This document shows, one piece after another, positions 1-11,096 of a DNA stretch of 64,000 nt. Every line of letters starts with the position of its first letter. The stretch's first letter is position 1. The stretch is from positions 128,001-192,000 of the forward strand of contig CAWEQH010000010.1 of NCBI GenBank assembly GCA_963811165.1. The letters are read 5' to 3'. Below the pieces are notes generated by a model, which was not told where the DNA came from, did not search any database, and saw only the letters and a list, made by a program, of their open reading frames with translations. A program made the translations under genes and the position numbers. This stretch comes from an uncultured Nitrospiraceae bacterium (lineage in GTDB: Bacteria > Nitrospirota > Thermodesulfovibrionia > Thermodesulfovibrionales > UBA6898).

Positions 1-81
1 ATTACTATCGACACCGAAAGACTCACTCCGGAGGCGGCTCTTGCGAAGATTATCGAGCTTAAAAAGAAGGCAAAATTTTAA
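1..81 (+). CDS. 3' end of a gene truncated by the window edge (C-terminus resembles small P-loop kinases such as APS kinase)
   Basis: Frame 1 reads ITIDTERLTPEAALAKIIELKKKAKF*. The IDT-x-x-L-T-P-E pattern is typical of nucleotide/APS kinase C-termini, but the fragment is too short to assign. Confidence 0.35.
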   Translation: MTIDTERLTPEAALAKIIELKKKAKF

Positions 82-101
82 TTTCCCTCCGGCGTTTTTA
101 A

Positions 102-110
102 TGGTATAGT
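102..110 (+). promoter_or_regulatory. extended -10 promoter element upstream of gcvH
   Basis: TGGTATAGT matches TGnTATAAT at 5/6 in the hexamer, in an AT-rich intergenic region. Confidence 0.4.
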
Positions 111-202
111 AGAGTAACTTAAAGGTTTCACCATTTTTCTACAAGACTAAAAGGCCTGAGAAAGTAATCGCAATATTGAACATGACCAAGGAGGAGGAGG
201 CA

Positions 203-589
203 ATGAACCCCGAAGATTTCAGGTACCACAAGGAGCATACATGGGTAAAAGTCTCAGGGAAAAAAGGGACGATCGGAATTACTGATTATGCGCAAGACTC
301 GTTGGGAGACATAGTATATGTCGACCTCCCGGAAGTGGATGAGACGGTCGAGGCGAACAGTGAAATTTCAGAGATCGAGTCGACGAAGGCCACGTCTTCC
401 GTCATAGCTCCTGTGGGCGGCAGGATTATCAAGGTAAACGAAGAACTGTCGGAGTCGCCTGAAATAATCAATGAGGACCCTTACGGCAAGGGATGGATAG
501 CCGTGATCGAACTGGACAACCCCACTGAGGTCGAAGACCTGATGGACTCCTCGGAGTATGAGAAATATGTTGAAGAGGAAGCGAAGTGA
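203..589 (+). CDS. gcvH: glycine cleavage system H protein (lipoyl carrier)
   Basis: YHKEHTWV, GITDYAQDSLGDIVYV, lipoyl-Lys motif IESTKA, INEDPYGKGWI; strong RBS GGAGGAGG before ATG 203. Confidence 0.95.
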   Translation: MNPEDFRYHKEHTWVKVSGKKGTIGITDYAQDSLGDIVYVDLPEVDETVEANSEISEIESTKATSSVIAPVGGRIIKVNEELSESPEIINEDPYGKGWIAVIELDNPTEVEDLMDSSEYEKYVEEEAK

Positions 590-1971
590 GACTCATTGTC
601 GTCGGCAGCGGTCCCGGCGGATACGTTGCGGCGATAAAGGCGGCCCAGCTGGGGGCGCAAGTAACGGTCATAGAGGACACCGAGGTCGGAGGCACGTGTC
701 TGAACCGGGGATGTATCCCTACGAAGACGATGATCGCGTCCTGCGACGTGCTTTCAAAGACCAGGGAACTCGATAAGTTCGGACTTGAGTTAAGCGGCAC
801 GGTCGTCCCCAACCTTACGAAGATCATCGAGAGAAAAAACAGGGTCGTCGGTATCCAGGTGAAGGGTATCAGGGGACTTTTCAAAAGTTGGGGTATCGGC
901 GTAAAGGAAGGCAGGGGTGTTCTCACTTCATCCCGCAGCATCGAAGTGACGATGAAGGACGGCGGTAAAGAGAAGGTTGAAGCAGACAAGATCATTATCG
1001 CAACCGGCTCGAGACCGGCGGAGATACCGGTTTTTCCCTTTGATGGAAAAAAGATCCTTTCCTCTACCGATGCGCTTGAACTTACCGAAATTCCGAAGAG
1101 TCTTTTAGTTGTCGGGGCTGGGGTCATAGGCTCCGAATTCGCCTGTATCTATAGAGAACTGGGGACGGAGGTCACGATGGTAGAGATGATGAACAGGGCT
1201 GTCGCTACCGAAGATATTGAGATCTCCGGGCTGCTTGAAAAGGAATTGAAGAAGAAAAAGATCAAACTCTTTACCGGAGTGAGCGTCGAAAAGGTCGAGC
1301 GGAGGGACGATGGGGTCCACTCTTTCATTTCGGGAGGCGGGGAGATTGTCTCGGAGAAGGTCCTCGTGGCTGTCGGCAGGGCACTTAACAGCGACCATAT
1401 AGGACTGGAGGAAGCAGGGGTAGAAAAGGGAAGGCGCGGGGAAATACTGGTGAACGAAAAGATGGAAACGAGCGTCCCGGGTATCTATGCGATCGGCGAC
1501 GTCAGGGGCGGCATGCTCCTTGCGCATCTGGCATCGAAAGAAGGAAAAGTCGCCGCAGAAAACAGCATGGGGGGCGATGAGGTCATAGATTATCAGGTAG
1601 TGCCTGCGGCGATCTTCACCTCTCCCGAAATCGCATCGGTAGGTCTGAGGGAGTTCCAGGCAGAGGAAAAAGGCATCAGGATAAAGACGGGGCATTTCGA
1701 GTTCAGGGCGCTGGGAAAGGCCCACGCGATGGGCGAGATTTCCGGTTTTGTCAAGATCATAGCTGAAGAGCGCACTGACAGGATAGTGGGCGCCCATATC
1801 ATCGGCCCGCATGCCTCCGACCTTATCCATGAGGTTGCCGTGGCGATGAAGACGGGTCGGACGGTTGCGGACATCGCCGGTACGATCCATGCCCATCCTA
1901 CGCTTTCAGAGGGCGTCATGGAAGCGGCGGAAGACGTCCATGGCGAGTCTGTCCATGTGCCCAAGAGATGA
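586..1971 (+). CDS. lpdA: dihydrolipoyl dehydrogenase
   Basis: GSGPGGYVAA FAD motif, GGTCLNRGCIPTK redox disulfide, C-terminal HAHPTLSE. Confidence 0.95.
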   Translation: MRLIVVGSGPGGYVAAIKAAQLGAQVTVIEDTEVGGTCLNRGCIPTKTMIASCDVLSKTRELDKFGLELSGTVVPNLTKIIERKNRVVGIQVKGIRGLFKSWGIGVKEGRGVLTSSRSIEVTMKDGGKEKVEADKIIIATGSRPAEIPVFPFDGKKILSSTDALELTEIPKSLLVVGAGVIGSEFACIYRELGTEVTMVEMMNRAVATEDIEISGLLEKELKKKKIKLFTGVSVEKVERRDDGVHSFISGGGEIVSEKVLVAVGRALNSDHIGLEEAGVEKGRRGEILVNEKMETSVPGIYAIGDVRGGMLLAHLASKEGKVAAENSMGGDEVIDYQVVPAAIFTSPEIASVGLREFQAEEKGIRIKTGHFEFRALGKAHAMGEISGFVKIIAEERTDRIVGAHIIGPHASDLIHEVAVAMKTGRTVADIAGTIHAHPTLSEGVMEAAEDVHGESVHVPKR

Positions 1972-1980
1972 GCGCGAGAT

Positions 1981-3372
1981 ATGACTCCCATGATGCGGAA
2001 AGAGGAAAAGGAGGAATGGGTCGGAGATTCGAAAAAGGCGCACCATCGGCTCTTTTCGGAACTCGACGTCCTTCTGCGCGCCCTTGACCGCTTCTTCAAC
2101 ATCGATGACCTGATAAGTGCGGGCGATGACGTAACGAACAGGAATTTCTATGAGGAACTCGTTACGGTACGGGATACGATCCTCCGCGTCCTGGGCGTTT
2201 TGGAGGTTGTCGTACCTGAGAACAAGAAAAACGCTTACTGGTTTCAGAAATTTGCCGAAACAAAACTGCTTTCCGCTCAGGGCAGGGACGATTTCCGCGA
2301 AGACCTTTACCGGCAGGACACACCCGAAAAGGGCCTTTATCTCCTTTACGACTCGTTCATAAATCTGAAGGGCGTTATCTCCGACCTTATCCGGACGGGA
2401 ACGATATCGTACATGGGCTTCATGAATATCGGGCATATGATCGGCAAGGAAATAAGGGAGAATATATATTTCAGTCCTTTCCGAAAGAACTTAAATCCCG
2501 AATTCGATACCATTACCAGCCCGAAAATCTCCGGTATCGTTAGGTCGATCGGGCAGAAAGAGGCGAGGAAGCATCTGTCGGTCATCTATATCTATCTTTT
2601 CAGACTCATCCGATATATGGGGTTCATCGACATCGAAACGCAACGTCCTATATCGCTTAATGTTTCCCTCATCATCCTTATCCTCCTGAAGTCCGAGATA
2701 GCGGCGTTTCAGGGATATGTCGAAAAAGCGCTCAAAAAGATCGACGACCCTGAACTAGAAGGTCTCCTGAGGGCGGTCTCATATCAGTTTTCGATGGAAA
2801 ACAGGAGGGTCTATCTCCAGGAACTAAGGGACATACAGCGAAAGAAAGCGTCGCCTCATTTCAGGGGCAGGATAGAAAACTGCCACGGCATTCTCAGGAA
2901 CCTGACCGAACAGACCGTCGTCCAGTTGGCACAGCATTTCAGGCCCGACATAGAAGGGGAAGAGATATTTGCGAGTTTTGTGACGAAGATACAGCAATCG
3001 ATTCGCCTTAGGGAGGACATCGTGGTCCTTCACAGGTTTATTGCGATGATCCGGGAAAAGGCGGCCAACCCCGGGGAGCGGCTGAAGGTTTTTGAATCAA
3101 TGAGGGGCTATATGTTATATTTTGAAAGTTTTACATTCAGATTGCTCAGGCATGATGATTATGAGGAGTTTATCATGTTCTTCAATGAGATACATTCCGC
3201 CAGGAGGGATGTAATCATGGGTCCCGGGTTCAAGAAACTGCTGGACATGATCCGGCATTTCGATGTCTATCTGGAGACGACGTTGCGACACATCGCCAAC
3301 AGACCAGAACTTGGCGATAAAGTGATCGATATGGAGAGGGTCGAGGGTCTCATAGGGCAGTATATGGGATAA
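1981..3372 (+). CDS. hypothetical, predicted largely alpha-helical cytoplasmic protein (463 aa)
   Basis: Long ORF tightly packed between lpdA and eno with host-like codon usage; no motif recognised. Confidence 0.8.
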   Translation: MTPMMRKEEKEEWVGDSKKAHHRLFSELDVLLRALDRFFNIDDLISAGDDVTNRNFYEELVTVRDTILRVLGVLEVVVPENKKNAYWFQKFAETKLLSAQGRDDFREDLYRQDTPEKGLYLLYDSFINLKGVISDLIRTGTISYMGFMNIGHMIGKEIRENIYFSPFRKNLNPEFDTITSPKISGIVRSIGQKEARKHLSVIYIYLFRLIRYMGFIDIETQRPISLNVSLIILILLKSEIAAFQGYVEKALKKIDDPELEGLLRAVSYQFSMENRRVYLQELRDIQRKKASPHFRGRIENCHGILRNLTEQTVVQLAQHFRPDIEGEEIFASFVTKIQQSIRLREDIVVLHRFIAMIREKAANPGERLKVFESMRGYMLYFESFTFRLLRHDDYEEFIMFFNEIHSARRDVIMGPGFKKLLDMIRHFDVYLETTLRHIANRPELGDKVIDMERVEGLIGQYMG

Positions 3373-3414
3373 CCTGCACGATATCTTACTTCTTACAGGC
3401 ACAGGGAGGCGTAA

Positions 3415-4688
<1,274 letters not shown>

Positions 4689-4689
<1 letters not shown>

Positions 4690-5012
4690 TGAGCACCAAT
4701 AATCTTTTGCGAAAACAGGTCGTCTCCGAGGTCAAGAAGCGAAGACTGATATTCTTCACTTTCGTAGTCCTCAGTTTCTTATACCTTACGATAAGTCTGC
4801 TTTTTGGCGATGTGGGGCTCCTTCGGTATATCGAACTCAATAGAACAAAGAAGGGCCTCGAAAAACAACTGGTCGAGATAAATATGCAAAATGAACAGAT
4901 ACGGACGCAGATCAGGCTCCTCAAAGAAGACCCGTTTTACAAAGAGAAGTTGGCGAGGGAGGAATTCGGACTAGCGAGGCCCGACGAGTATATATTCCAG
5001 TATGACAGATAA
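4689..5012 (+). CDS. ftsB: septum formation initiator FtsB/DivIC family
   Basis: One TM helix, then LLFGDVGL, coiled coil and EKLAREEFGLARPDE; classic eno-ftsB synteny; ATG overlaps the eno stop. Confidence 0.85.
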
Positions 5013-7182
5013 TCCCCTGCACGTTGCCTTCGTCTGGCATATGCACCAGCCTTATTATAAGGATCCGCTGAGCGGGTATTACCGGCTCCCTTGGGTGAGA
5101 CTTCACGGCACGAAAGATTATCTCGATATGGTAGAGATACTTAAGGACTTCCCCTCGATCCGCCAGAACTTCAATCTCGTGCCTTCGCTGCTTGAACAGC
5201 TCATGGACTATTCAGAAGGCAGCGCAAAGGACCTTTACCTCGAGATAAGCAGGAAGAACGCGAAGGAACTGGGTGAGGACGAAAAGATCTTCATCCTGGA
5301 GAATTTTTTTCTCGCCCACTGGAACAATATGATCAGGCCGTTTCCGAGGTATCACGAACTCCTTGTGAAACGGGGAACACGCGTCATAAAAAGTGACCTG
5401 GCAAGGGCGATGAAATATTTTACCGACGACGATTTCCTCGACCTGCAGGTCTTTTTTAACCTCTGCTGGATAGACCCGCTCTTCAGGGAGAAGGACCCCT
5501 TTCTCAGGGTGTTGTCGGAGAAAGGTCATGGCTTTACCGAAGAGGAAAAGGCGCTTTTACTCCAAAAACAGCTCGAGATTGTGGGCCGGATCATTCCGAC
5601 CTATAAGGAGATGGCCTTAGGGGGGCAGATCGAGCTTTCCTTTTCGCCTTTTTATCACCCGATTCTGCCGCTCCTTTGTGACACTGATGCCTCGCGCGTG
5701 GCGATGCCGAACGTGCCGCTTCCAAGACAGCGTTTCTTGCATCCTGAGGACGCCGAGGCGCAGATAAGGACGGGGATTGAATACTTCGGGAAGGTTTTCG
5801 GGTTCAGACCGGCCGGCATGTGGCCGTCTGAGGGATCGGTGAGTGAGGACGTGGTCAGGCTTGCAGCACGGAACGGGGTCCGGTGGCTTGCCACTGATGA
5901 GGGGATACTCTCCAATTCCCTGAACAAGCGCCTCAGGGACAACTCCGGCAATCTGACCGGGCCGGACCTGCTTTACAGGCCGTATACCTATGAAGGAGTT
6001 TCTCTTGTGTTCAGGGACCACGTGATCTCGGACCTTCTGGGTTTCGTATATTCACAGTGGGACCCTAAAAAGGCCGCTGAGGACCTGATAAGCAGGCTCC
6101 GGACCATCAGGAATTCCCTGCGCGGACGATAAGCCGTCGTCTTGGTATCGATAATCCTCGACGGCGAGAATGCGTGGGAGCATTATAAGAATGACGGCCG
6201 GGACTTTTTTCTCTATCTCTACGAAGGCCTGTCGAGGGAAGAGAGGATAAAGACGACTACCGTCTCAGGCTTCATCAATGAATTTGGCGGGGGGGACAGG
6301 CTTGAACACGTATTCCCCGGCTCCTGGATAAACTCGAATTTCGGGATATGGCTGGGCCACGAGGAAGATAATCTTGCCTGGGACTATCTATCGGAAACAA
6401 GAGACAAGCTCCAGGAAATTCAGAATCAGGACCCCTCTTTAGACACTACGGATGCCTGGAAGGCGCTTTATGTGGCGGAGGGGAGCGACTGGAACTGGTG
6501 GTACGGCGATGAACATTCGACGGAGACGCAGGAGGATTTTGACGAGCTCTTCAGGTTTAACCTGATGAAGGTCTTTAAAGAGCTCGGCAGAGACGTTCCG
6601 TCCCAGCTCTTCGTTCCCATTCTGCGTCATGACAGGAGCGTCTCTCCGGCGCTTCTGATCAGGGGGTTCATCAAACCCAGGATCGACGGGCTCGTCACGA
6701 GCTATTATGAGTGGTATCAGGGTGCCCAGTTGGATGTGAAGAAATCGGGCGGCAGCATGCATAAGTCCGAGAGTCTTATCGATACGGTCTATTACGGCTT
6801 TGACAAGGATACGCTTTTCCTCAGGATAGACCCCAGGATACCCTTCGCCGAGTTCGACGAGGACGTGGAGTTCCTGATCATCACCTCCAGGCCTGCCGAC
6901 ATCAAAATAGCATACCCGCTCAGAGGGAAAAAGAAGGCGGCTGAACTTTTCGAAAAGACGGGCGAAGAATGGAAGATGATAAAAGAGATCAACGAAGTCG
7001 CCGCGCTGGACGTATTCGAGATCGGCGTCTCCTTTGCCGACATGAAGGCCAGGGAAAAAGACGAGATCGACCTCTTCCTCTCCATCAGGAAAGGCGGCGA
7101 GGAGGTCGAACGTTGTCCCTGGAGGGGGCATATCAGCGTTATCGTGCCGACGGAAGACTTTGAAGCGCTGATGTGGTATTGA
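5002..7182 (+). CDS. glycoside hydrolase family 57 (amylopullulanase-like), interrupted by an in-frame TAA at 6130-6132 (probable sequence error)
   Basis: WHMHQPYY, HPILPL, GMWPSEG (nucleophile) in ORF 5002-6132; ILDGENAWE (acid/base) and AEGSDWNWW in ORF 6142-7182; both halves are in the same frame. Confidence 0.88.
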
Positions 7183-7228
7183 CGTCTGCCGGAGGGTCTT
7201 TGCATTCATAAAAGCAGTGCAGAGTTCG

Positions 7229-7798
7229 CTACCGGCCGAAGCGGATGAACATATAAAACCCTATGAGAAAAGGTTCAAACCGTATCGCCATGTTGTCGGT
7301 AAAGCTCCAGAGGAACTGGGCAATGAACAGCTGCGGTGCGCTTTCTTTTTCGATACCCCTCTGAATAAGGACCTCGGTCAACGTCTTTAACTCCAGAGAA
7401 AATACATAGAGCAAATGTATCGCAAGGAGAATCAGAAGGGCCTCGGCATAGGCCCGCTTTCTTTTTCTGATAAAAAGAAACAGCGCGGCCATGAAAGAAA
7501 AGGTCAACGGCGCGTTGAACGTATAGGAAGACGTCTTGACGGGAATGTCAATGAGTACTTCCCTCTGACTGGAAGGCGCGAATGTTGCCTCAACGATATC
7601 TCCGTTACGGGTCCTCTCCTCAAAGCCGACATTCTTCACCAGGGTGATAAGTTTGGATGCGGTAACGGTGACGGCTGTTCCGTAGAGGTCTTTTACCTGG
7701 ATCCAGAGGAAAAGGAAAACGACATACGAAACGAAAAAGATGACGACGGCCCCAAAGACCTTTTTCCTACGAAGCGGCCGCTGTTTCGGTTCTTGCAT
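7229..7798 (-). CDS. exosortase-associated membrane protein
   Basis: Several hydrophobic segments; overlaps the 3' end of the exosortase gene; start taken at MQEPK. Confidence 0.65.
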   Translation of the reverse strand: MQEPKQRPLRRKKVFGAVVIFFVSYVVFLFLWIQVKDLYGTAVTVTASKLITLVKNVGFEERTRNGDIVEATFAPSSQREVLIDIPVKTSSYTFNAPLTFSFMAALFLFIRKRKRAYAEALLILLAIHLLYVFSLELKTLTEVLIQRGIEKESAPQLFIAQFLWSFTDNMAIRFEPFLIGFYMFIRFGR

Positions 7799-8336
7799 AA
7801 TGGAGATAAAGGAAAAATACGGCAAGGGAGACCGCGATCATCATGCCCTGAGCAATATAGATATGGATAATTTCGAAGAGGCCCCTGAAATGGATCCCGG
7901 AATAGGCCAACGAGGCGATCCTCAGAATATTTACCGCCTGAATAACGGCGAAGCCCGCCATAATGCCGATCAGCTTGTTCTTCAATGTGGAGGGAAACGC
8001 GACTACCGCAACGGAATAGATCATTACGGCCTCAAGGCCGTTACATCCGAATTTGATGTCGAGCGAAATCGAAGGGAGATTGATAATGGATCCCTGATAT
8101 GTACAGGGTATATTCAGTACGCCGAGGAGTTTCGACGCGGCCAGCACGACCCAGGTGGTATAGACCCCGTTAAGATCGATAATGTCTTGAATAGGTTTGA
8201 ATCCTATAAGTACGAAAAAGGCCCCCATAAGGGCAAGATAGGTGAGCGCGAAACGTTTGACGCTGATGGAGGCGCCTTTCGGCACCCGGACATCGGCGTT
8301 ACTTTTATTTGTCTCCTGTCTGGATTTTTTTGACAA
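7767..8336 (-). CDS. exosortase/archaeosortase family transpeptidase (exosortase H-like)
   Basis: Cys-Arg-His triad context: FGCNGLEA, VNILRI, IIHIY; about 190 aa, multi-TM. Confidence 0.85.
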   Translation of the reverse strand: MSKKSRQETNKSNADVRVPKGASISVKRFALTYLALMGAFFVLIGFKPIQDIIDLNGVYTTWVVLAASKLLGVLNIPCTYQGSIINLPSISLDIKFGCNGLEAVMIYSVAVVAFPSTLKNKLIGIMAGFAVIQAVNILRIASLAYSGIHFRGLFEIIHIYIAQGMMIAVSLAVFFLYLHYARTETAAAS

Positions 8337-8411
8337 GTTCGCTCTCCAAATAATGCGTTCTATTTATATCATAGCCCGAGGTATTAAGTAAACTTTTTTG
8401 GACCCATCACC

Positions 8412-8575
8412 GTACGGCTTCAGTTACGAGTAAGATTATGTTATGCAGGCCGTCATGCCGGACTTGATCCGGCATCCAGCGACTTTAAGGCCACGTCACT
8501 GGATTCCGGCTCAACACACTGCCGGAATGACAGACAGAAGAGTCAATGGCTTTTGACCCATAACTGAAGCCTTAC
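8412..8575. mobile_element. MITE-like element, copy 1 (164 bp) with 9-bp target site duplication
   Basis: Imperfect 20-bp TIRs GTACGGCTTCAGTTACGAGT / ACCCATAACTGAAGCCTTAC (17/20); CCCATCACC on both sides (8403-8411, 8576-8584); near-identical copy at 26795-26988. Confidence 0.88.
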
Positions 8576-8653
8576 CCCATCACCGTCATTTTCTATTTTA
8601 TTGATATCATTAATCTTCTATAATAGTGAAACAAATTTGAGGAGAACCGAATA

Positions 8654-9193
8654 ATGGCGGAAGAAAAAAAGGAAAAGTGGCTGAACTATCTTGCGCTGAC
8701 AACAGTGATTCTGGCTGTCTGCGCTACCTTGTCTACCTTCAAGGGCGGCAATTTCTCAACCTTGGCCGTCATGAGCCAGAGCAGGGCGTCCGACCAATGG
8801 TCGTATTACCAAGCCAAGAGTATAAAGGGCTATGTCTATGAGATACAGAAGGAAAAGCTCGAACTCGAGCTGAAGGGGATGGGTCCGAGGGCCTCGAAGT
8901 CCCTGGCAGAGGGGTATGAGAAGAAGATAGATGAGTATGCAAAAAAGACGAAAAAATACGACGGGGAAAGGGCGAAGATAGACAATGACGCCAGGGAGCT
9001 TGAGAGGATCAGGGACGACGCGCAGAAGCATTCCAGGGCCTTCGGCATGGCGGTGATATTCCTGCAGATAGCGATCCTCCTGTCTTCCATCGCGGCCCTG
9101 ATGAAGAAAAAACTTCTCTGGCTGCTCGGCTGCCTCGTGGGCATCTTCGGGATCGTATATTTTGCGAATGGATTTTTCCTCTTCATAAGATAG
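8654..9193 (+). CDS. DUF4337-type membrane protein
   Basis: N-terminal TM, ASDQWSYYQAKSIK motif, coiled coil, two C-terminal TMs. Confidence 0.8.
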   Translation: MAEEKKEKWLNYLALTTVILAVCATLSTFKGGNFSTLAVMSQSRASDQWSYYQAKSIKGYVYEIQKEKLELELKGMGPRASKSLAEGYEKKIDEYAKKTKKYDGERAKIDNDARELERIRDDAQKHSRAFGMAVIFLQIAILLSSIAALMKKKLLWLLGCLVGIFGIVYFANGFFLFIR

Positions 9194-9200
9194 GAAGGAC

Positions 9201-10382
9201 ATGGGAAGCGGTGCTATGAAGAAGGTCCACCTAAAAAGGACGAAAAGGATTCTGGGGGGACACCTGTGGGTGTTTTCCAACGAGGTATATGAAACGATGC
9301 GGGGGTATGTTCCGGGTTCACTCGTAGAGCTTTTTGACCGGCAGGAGAACTTTCTCGGGATCGGGTACATTAACCCCAACAGTCTTATTTCGATAAGGAT
9401 ACTTTCCCGGGAGCGTGTGGAGATAGACCGCGAGTTTCTCAGAGGGAGGCTGCGCGCGGCATTAGACCTGAGGGAGAAACTTTTCGAAGGCAGGGAGGCC
9501 CTGAGGCTTGTCTACAGCGAGGGGGATTATCTTCCCGGACTGATCGTAGACAAGTACGGCAAGTGCATCGTCCTACAGTTCCTTACTTATGGCATCGAGA
9601 GTTTTAAAGACCTGATTATCGAACTGCTCGATGAGATGCTCGACCCGGACACAATAGTGCTTAAGAATGAAAGCCGTTCCCGTTTGCTCGAGGGGCTTTC
9701 CCTCTATAAGGAAGTGGTGAAGGGCTCACTCGAAAAACTTCCCGTGATTGCGGAAAACGGGGTGTCTGTCGAAGTAGATCCCTATGGCGGGCAGAAGACC
9801 GGCTTTTTTTTGGACCAGAAGGAAAACAGAAGGACACTGAGGCGATACGTAAGAGGAGGGAAGGGGCTGGATCTTTTTTGTTACACCGGCGCGTGGTCTC
9901 TCAATCTCGCGTTCTCGGGTGCCGAGGTAACGGGGGTAGATGAGTCGGAGAGGGCGATAGGACAGGCAGTAAAAAACGCTGTGATGAATGCCCTTCAGGA
10001 CAGGGCGACGTTCGTGCGTGATGAAGTCTTCTCTTTTTTAAGGAGGAAGGCGGCGGAGGAAGGGAACAGAAATGATTTCATCGTATGTGATCCGCCCGCA
10101 TTTGTGAAAAGCTCAGCGAAGATCAAAGAGGCGGTAAAAGCCTATCGGGAGCTCAACGGCCTATGTATGAGGCTTCTGAAGCCCGGTGGTCTTCTTGCGA
10201 CTTCCTCTTGCTCCTATCACCTCGGGAGGGAGATGTTTCTCGAAATGCTCCGGGACGCATCGAGGGACGCACGGAGAGGACTGAGATTGATTGAACTCCG
10301 TTCACAGGACAGGGACCATCCGGTCCTCCTTTCAATGCCCGAGACCGAATATCTGAAATGCGCCTTTTTGGTTGTGGACTAG
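9201..10382 (+). CDS. rlmI: 23S rRNA m5C methyltransferase, RlmI-like
   Basis: GHLWVFSNE PUA-like start, SEGDYLPGLIVD, GQKTGFFLDQ, DPPAF, TSSCS, PETEYLK. Confidence 0.88.
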   Translation: MGSGAMKKVHLKRTKRILGGHLWVFSNEVYETMRGYVPGSLVELFDRQENFLGIGYINPNSLISIRILSRERVEIDREFLRGRLRAALDLREKLFEGREALRLVYSEGDYLPGLIVDKYGKCIVLQFLTYGIESFKDLIIELLDEMLDPDTIVLKNESRSRLLEGLSLYKEVVKGSLEKLPVIAENGVSVEVDPYGGQKTGFFLDQKENRRTLRRYVRGGKGLDLFCYTGAWSLNLAFSGAEVTGVDESERAIGQAVKNAVMNALQDRATFVRDEVFSFLRRKAAEEGNRNDFIVCDPPAFVKSSAKIKEAVKAYRELNGLCMRLLKPGGLLATSSCSYHLGREMFLEMLRDASRDARRGLRLIELRSQDRDHPVLLSMPETEYLKCAFLVVD

Positions 10383-10568
10383 ATAATGAAAAGTTTCTCA
10401 AGAGACTTTAACTTGAAATATGCATTTAATCCAGGAACATGTTCCGAAAAACTTTATAATGTCGCAATCGGAGGGTCAAGGAATTGGAAAACCACTTGGA
10501 TGGAGACCTCCGCCCTTCAAAGTGACATACCCCTTTCGAAGGTGGCGCAGATAAAGATTTTTCTCCAC

Positions 10569-11090
10569 ATGCTCCTGCATTCCTTTGTTTTGGCAGCGCT
10601 GCTGTTCGGTTTTAGCGAAAGGGCTGTTGCGGAGTTAAGAGATAACGCCGGAGATGCCGCGAGGGTTATGCGGGTGAACGACGGCGATACGGTCACTGTT
10701 ACGCTCAATGGACGCCGCGAGAAGATAAGACTGATCGGGATCGATGCCCCTGAGATGGGGCAGGGCTCCTGGGGTGAGAGGGCAAAGAGACATCTCGAAG
10801 ATATCCTCCATTCGTCAAGGAATGTGTATGTAGAGTATGATGTCGAAAGACGTGACAAGTACGGCCGTCTCCTTGCGTATGTAAGAACGACCGGCGGCAG
10901 ATTGGTAAACGCCGAGATGCTTAAGGACGGCTACGCGGTGTTATTTACATTCCCTCCCAACGTGAAGCGTGTGGAGGAGTTTACTTCAGCCCAGAGGCAG
11001 GCGAGAGAGAGTAAACGGGGGATCTGGGGCAAGGACGGTCTGTCGCAGTTGCCGGTACAGTACAGGAGGACGCATCCGAGAAGGCTATAA
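10569..11090 (+). CDS. thermonuclease (staphylococcal nuclease family), secreted
   Basis: VNDGDT, IRLIGIDAPE, DKYGRLLAY, RGIWG; signal-like hydrophobic N-terminus; start uncertain. Confidence 0.9.
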   Translation: MLLHSFVLAALLFGFSERAVAELRDNAGDAARVMRVNDGDTVTVTLNGRREKIRLIGIDAPEMGQGSWGERAKRHLEDILHSSRNVYVEYDVERRDKYGRLLAYVRTTGGRLVNAEMLKDGYAVLFTFPPNVKRVEEFTSAQRQARESKRGIWGKDGLSQLPVQYRRTHPRRL

Positions 11091-11096
11091 AAAGGG

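Noticed and set aside
6118..6147. In-frame stop in GH57 as programmed readthrough or a real split gene
   Set aside because: The stop is TAA, not a recodable UGA/UAG. Removing three scattered single bases restores a sensible L-P-D-D-K-P-S-L-V linker, consistent with sequencing insertions.
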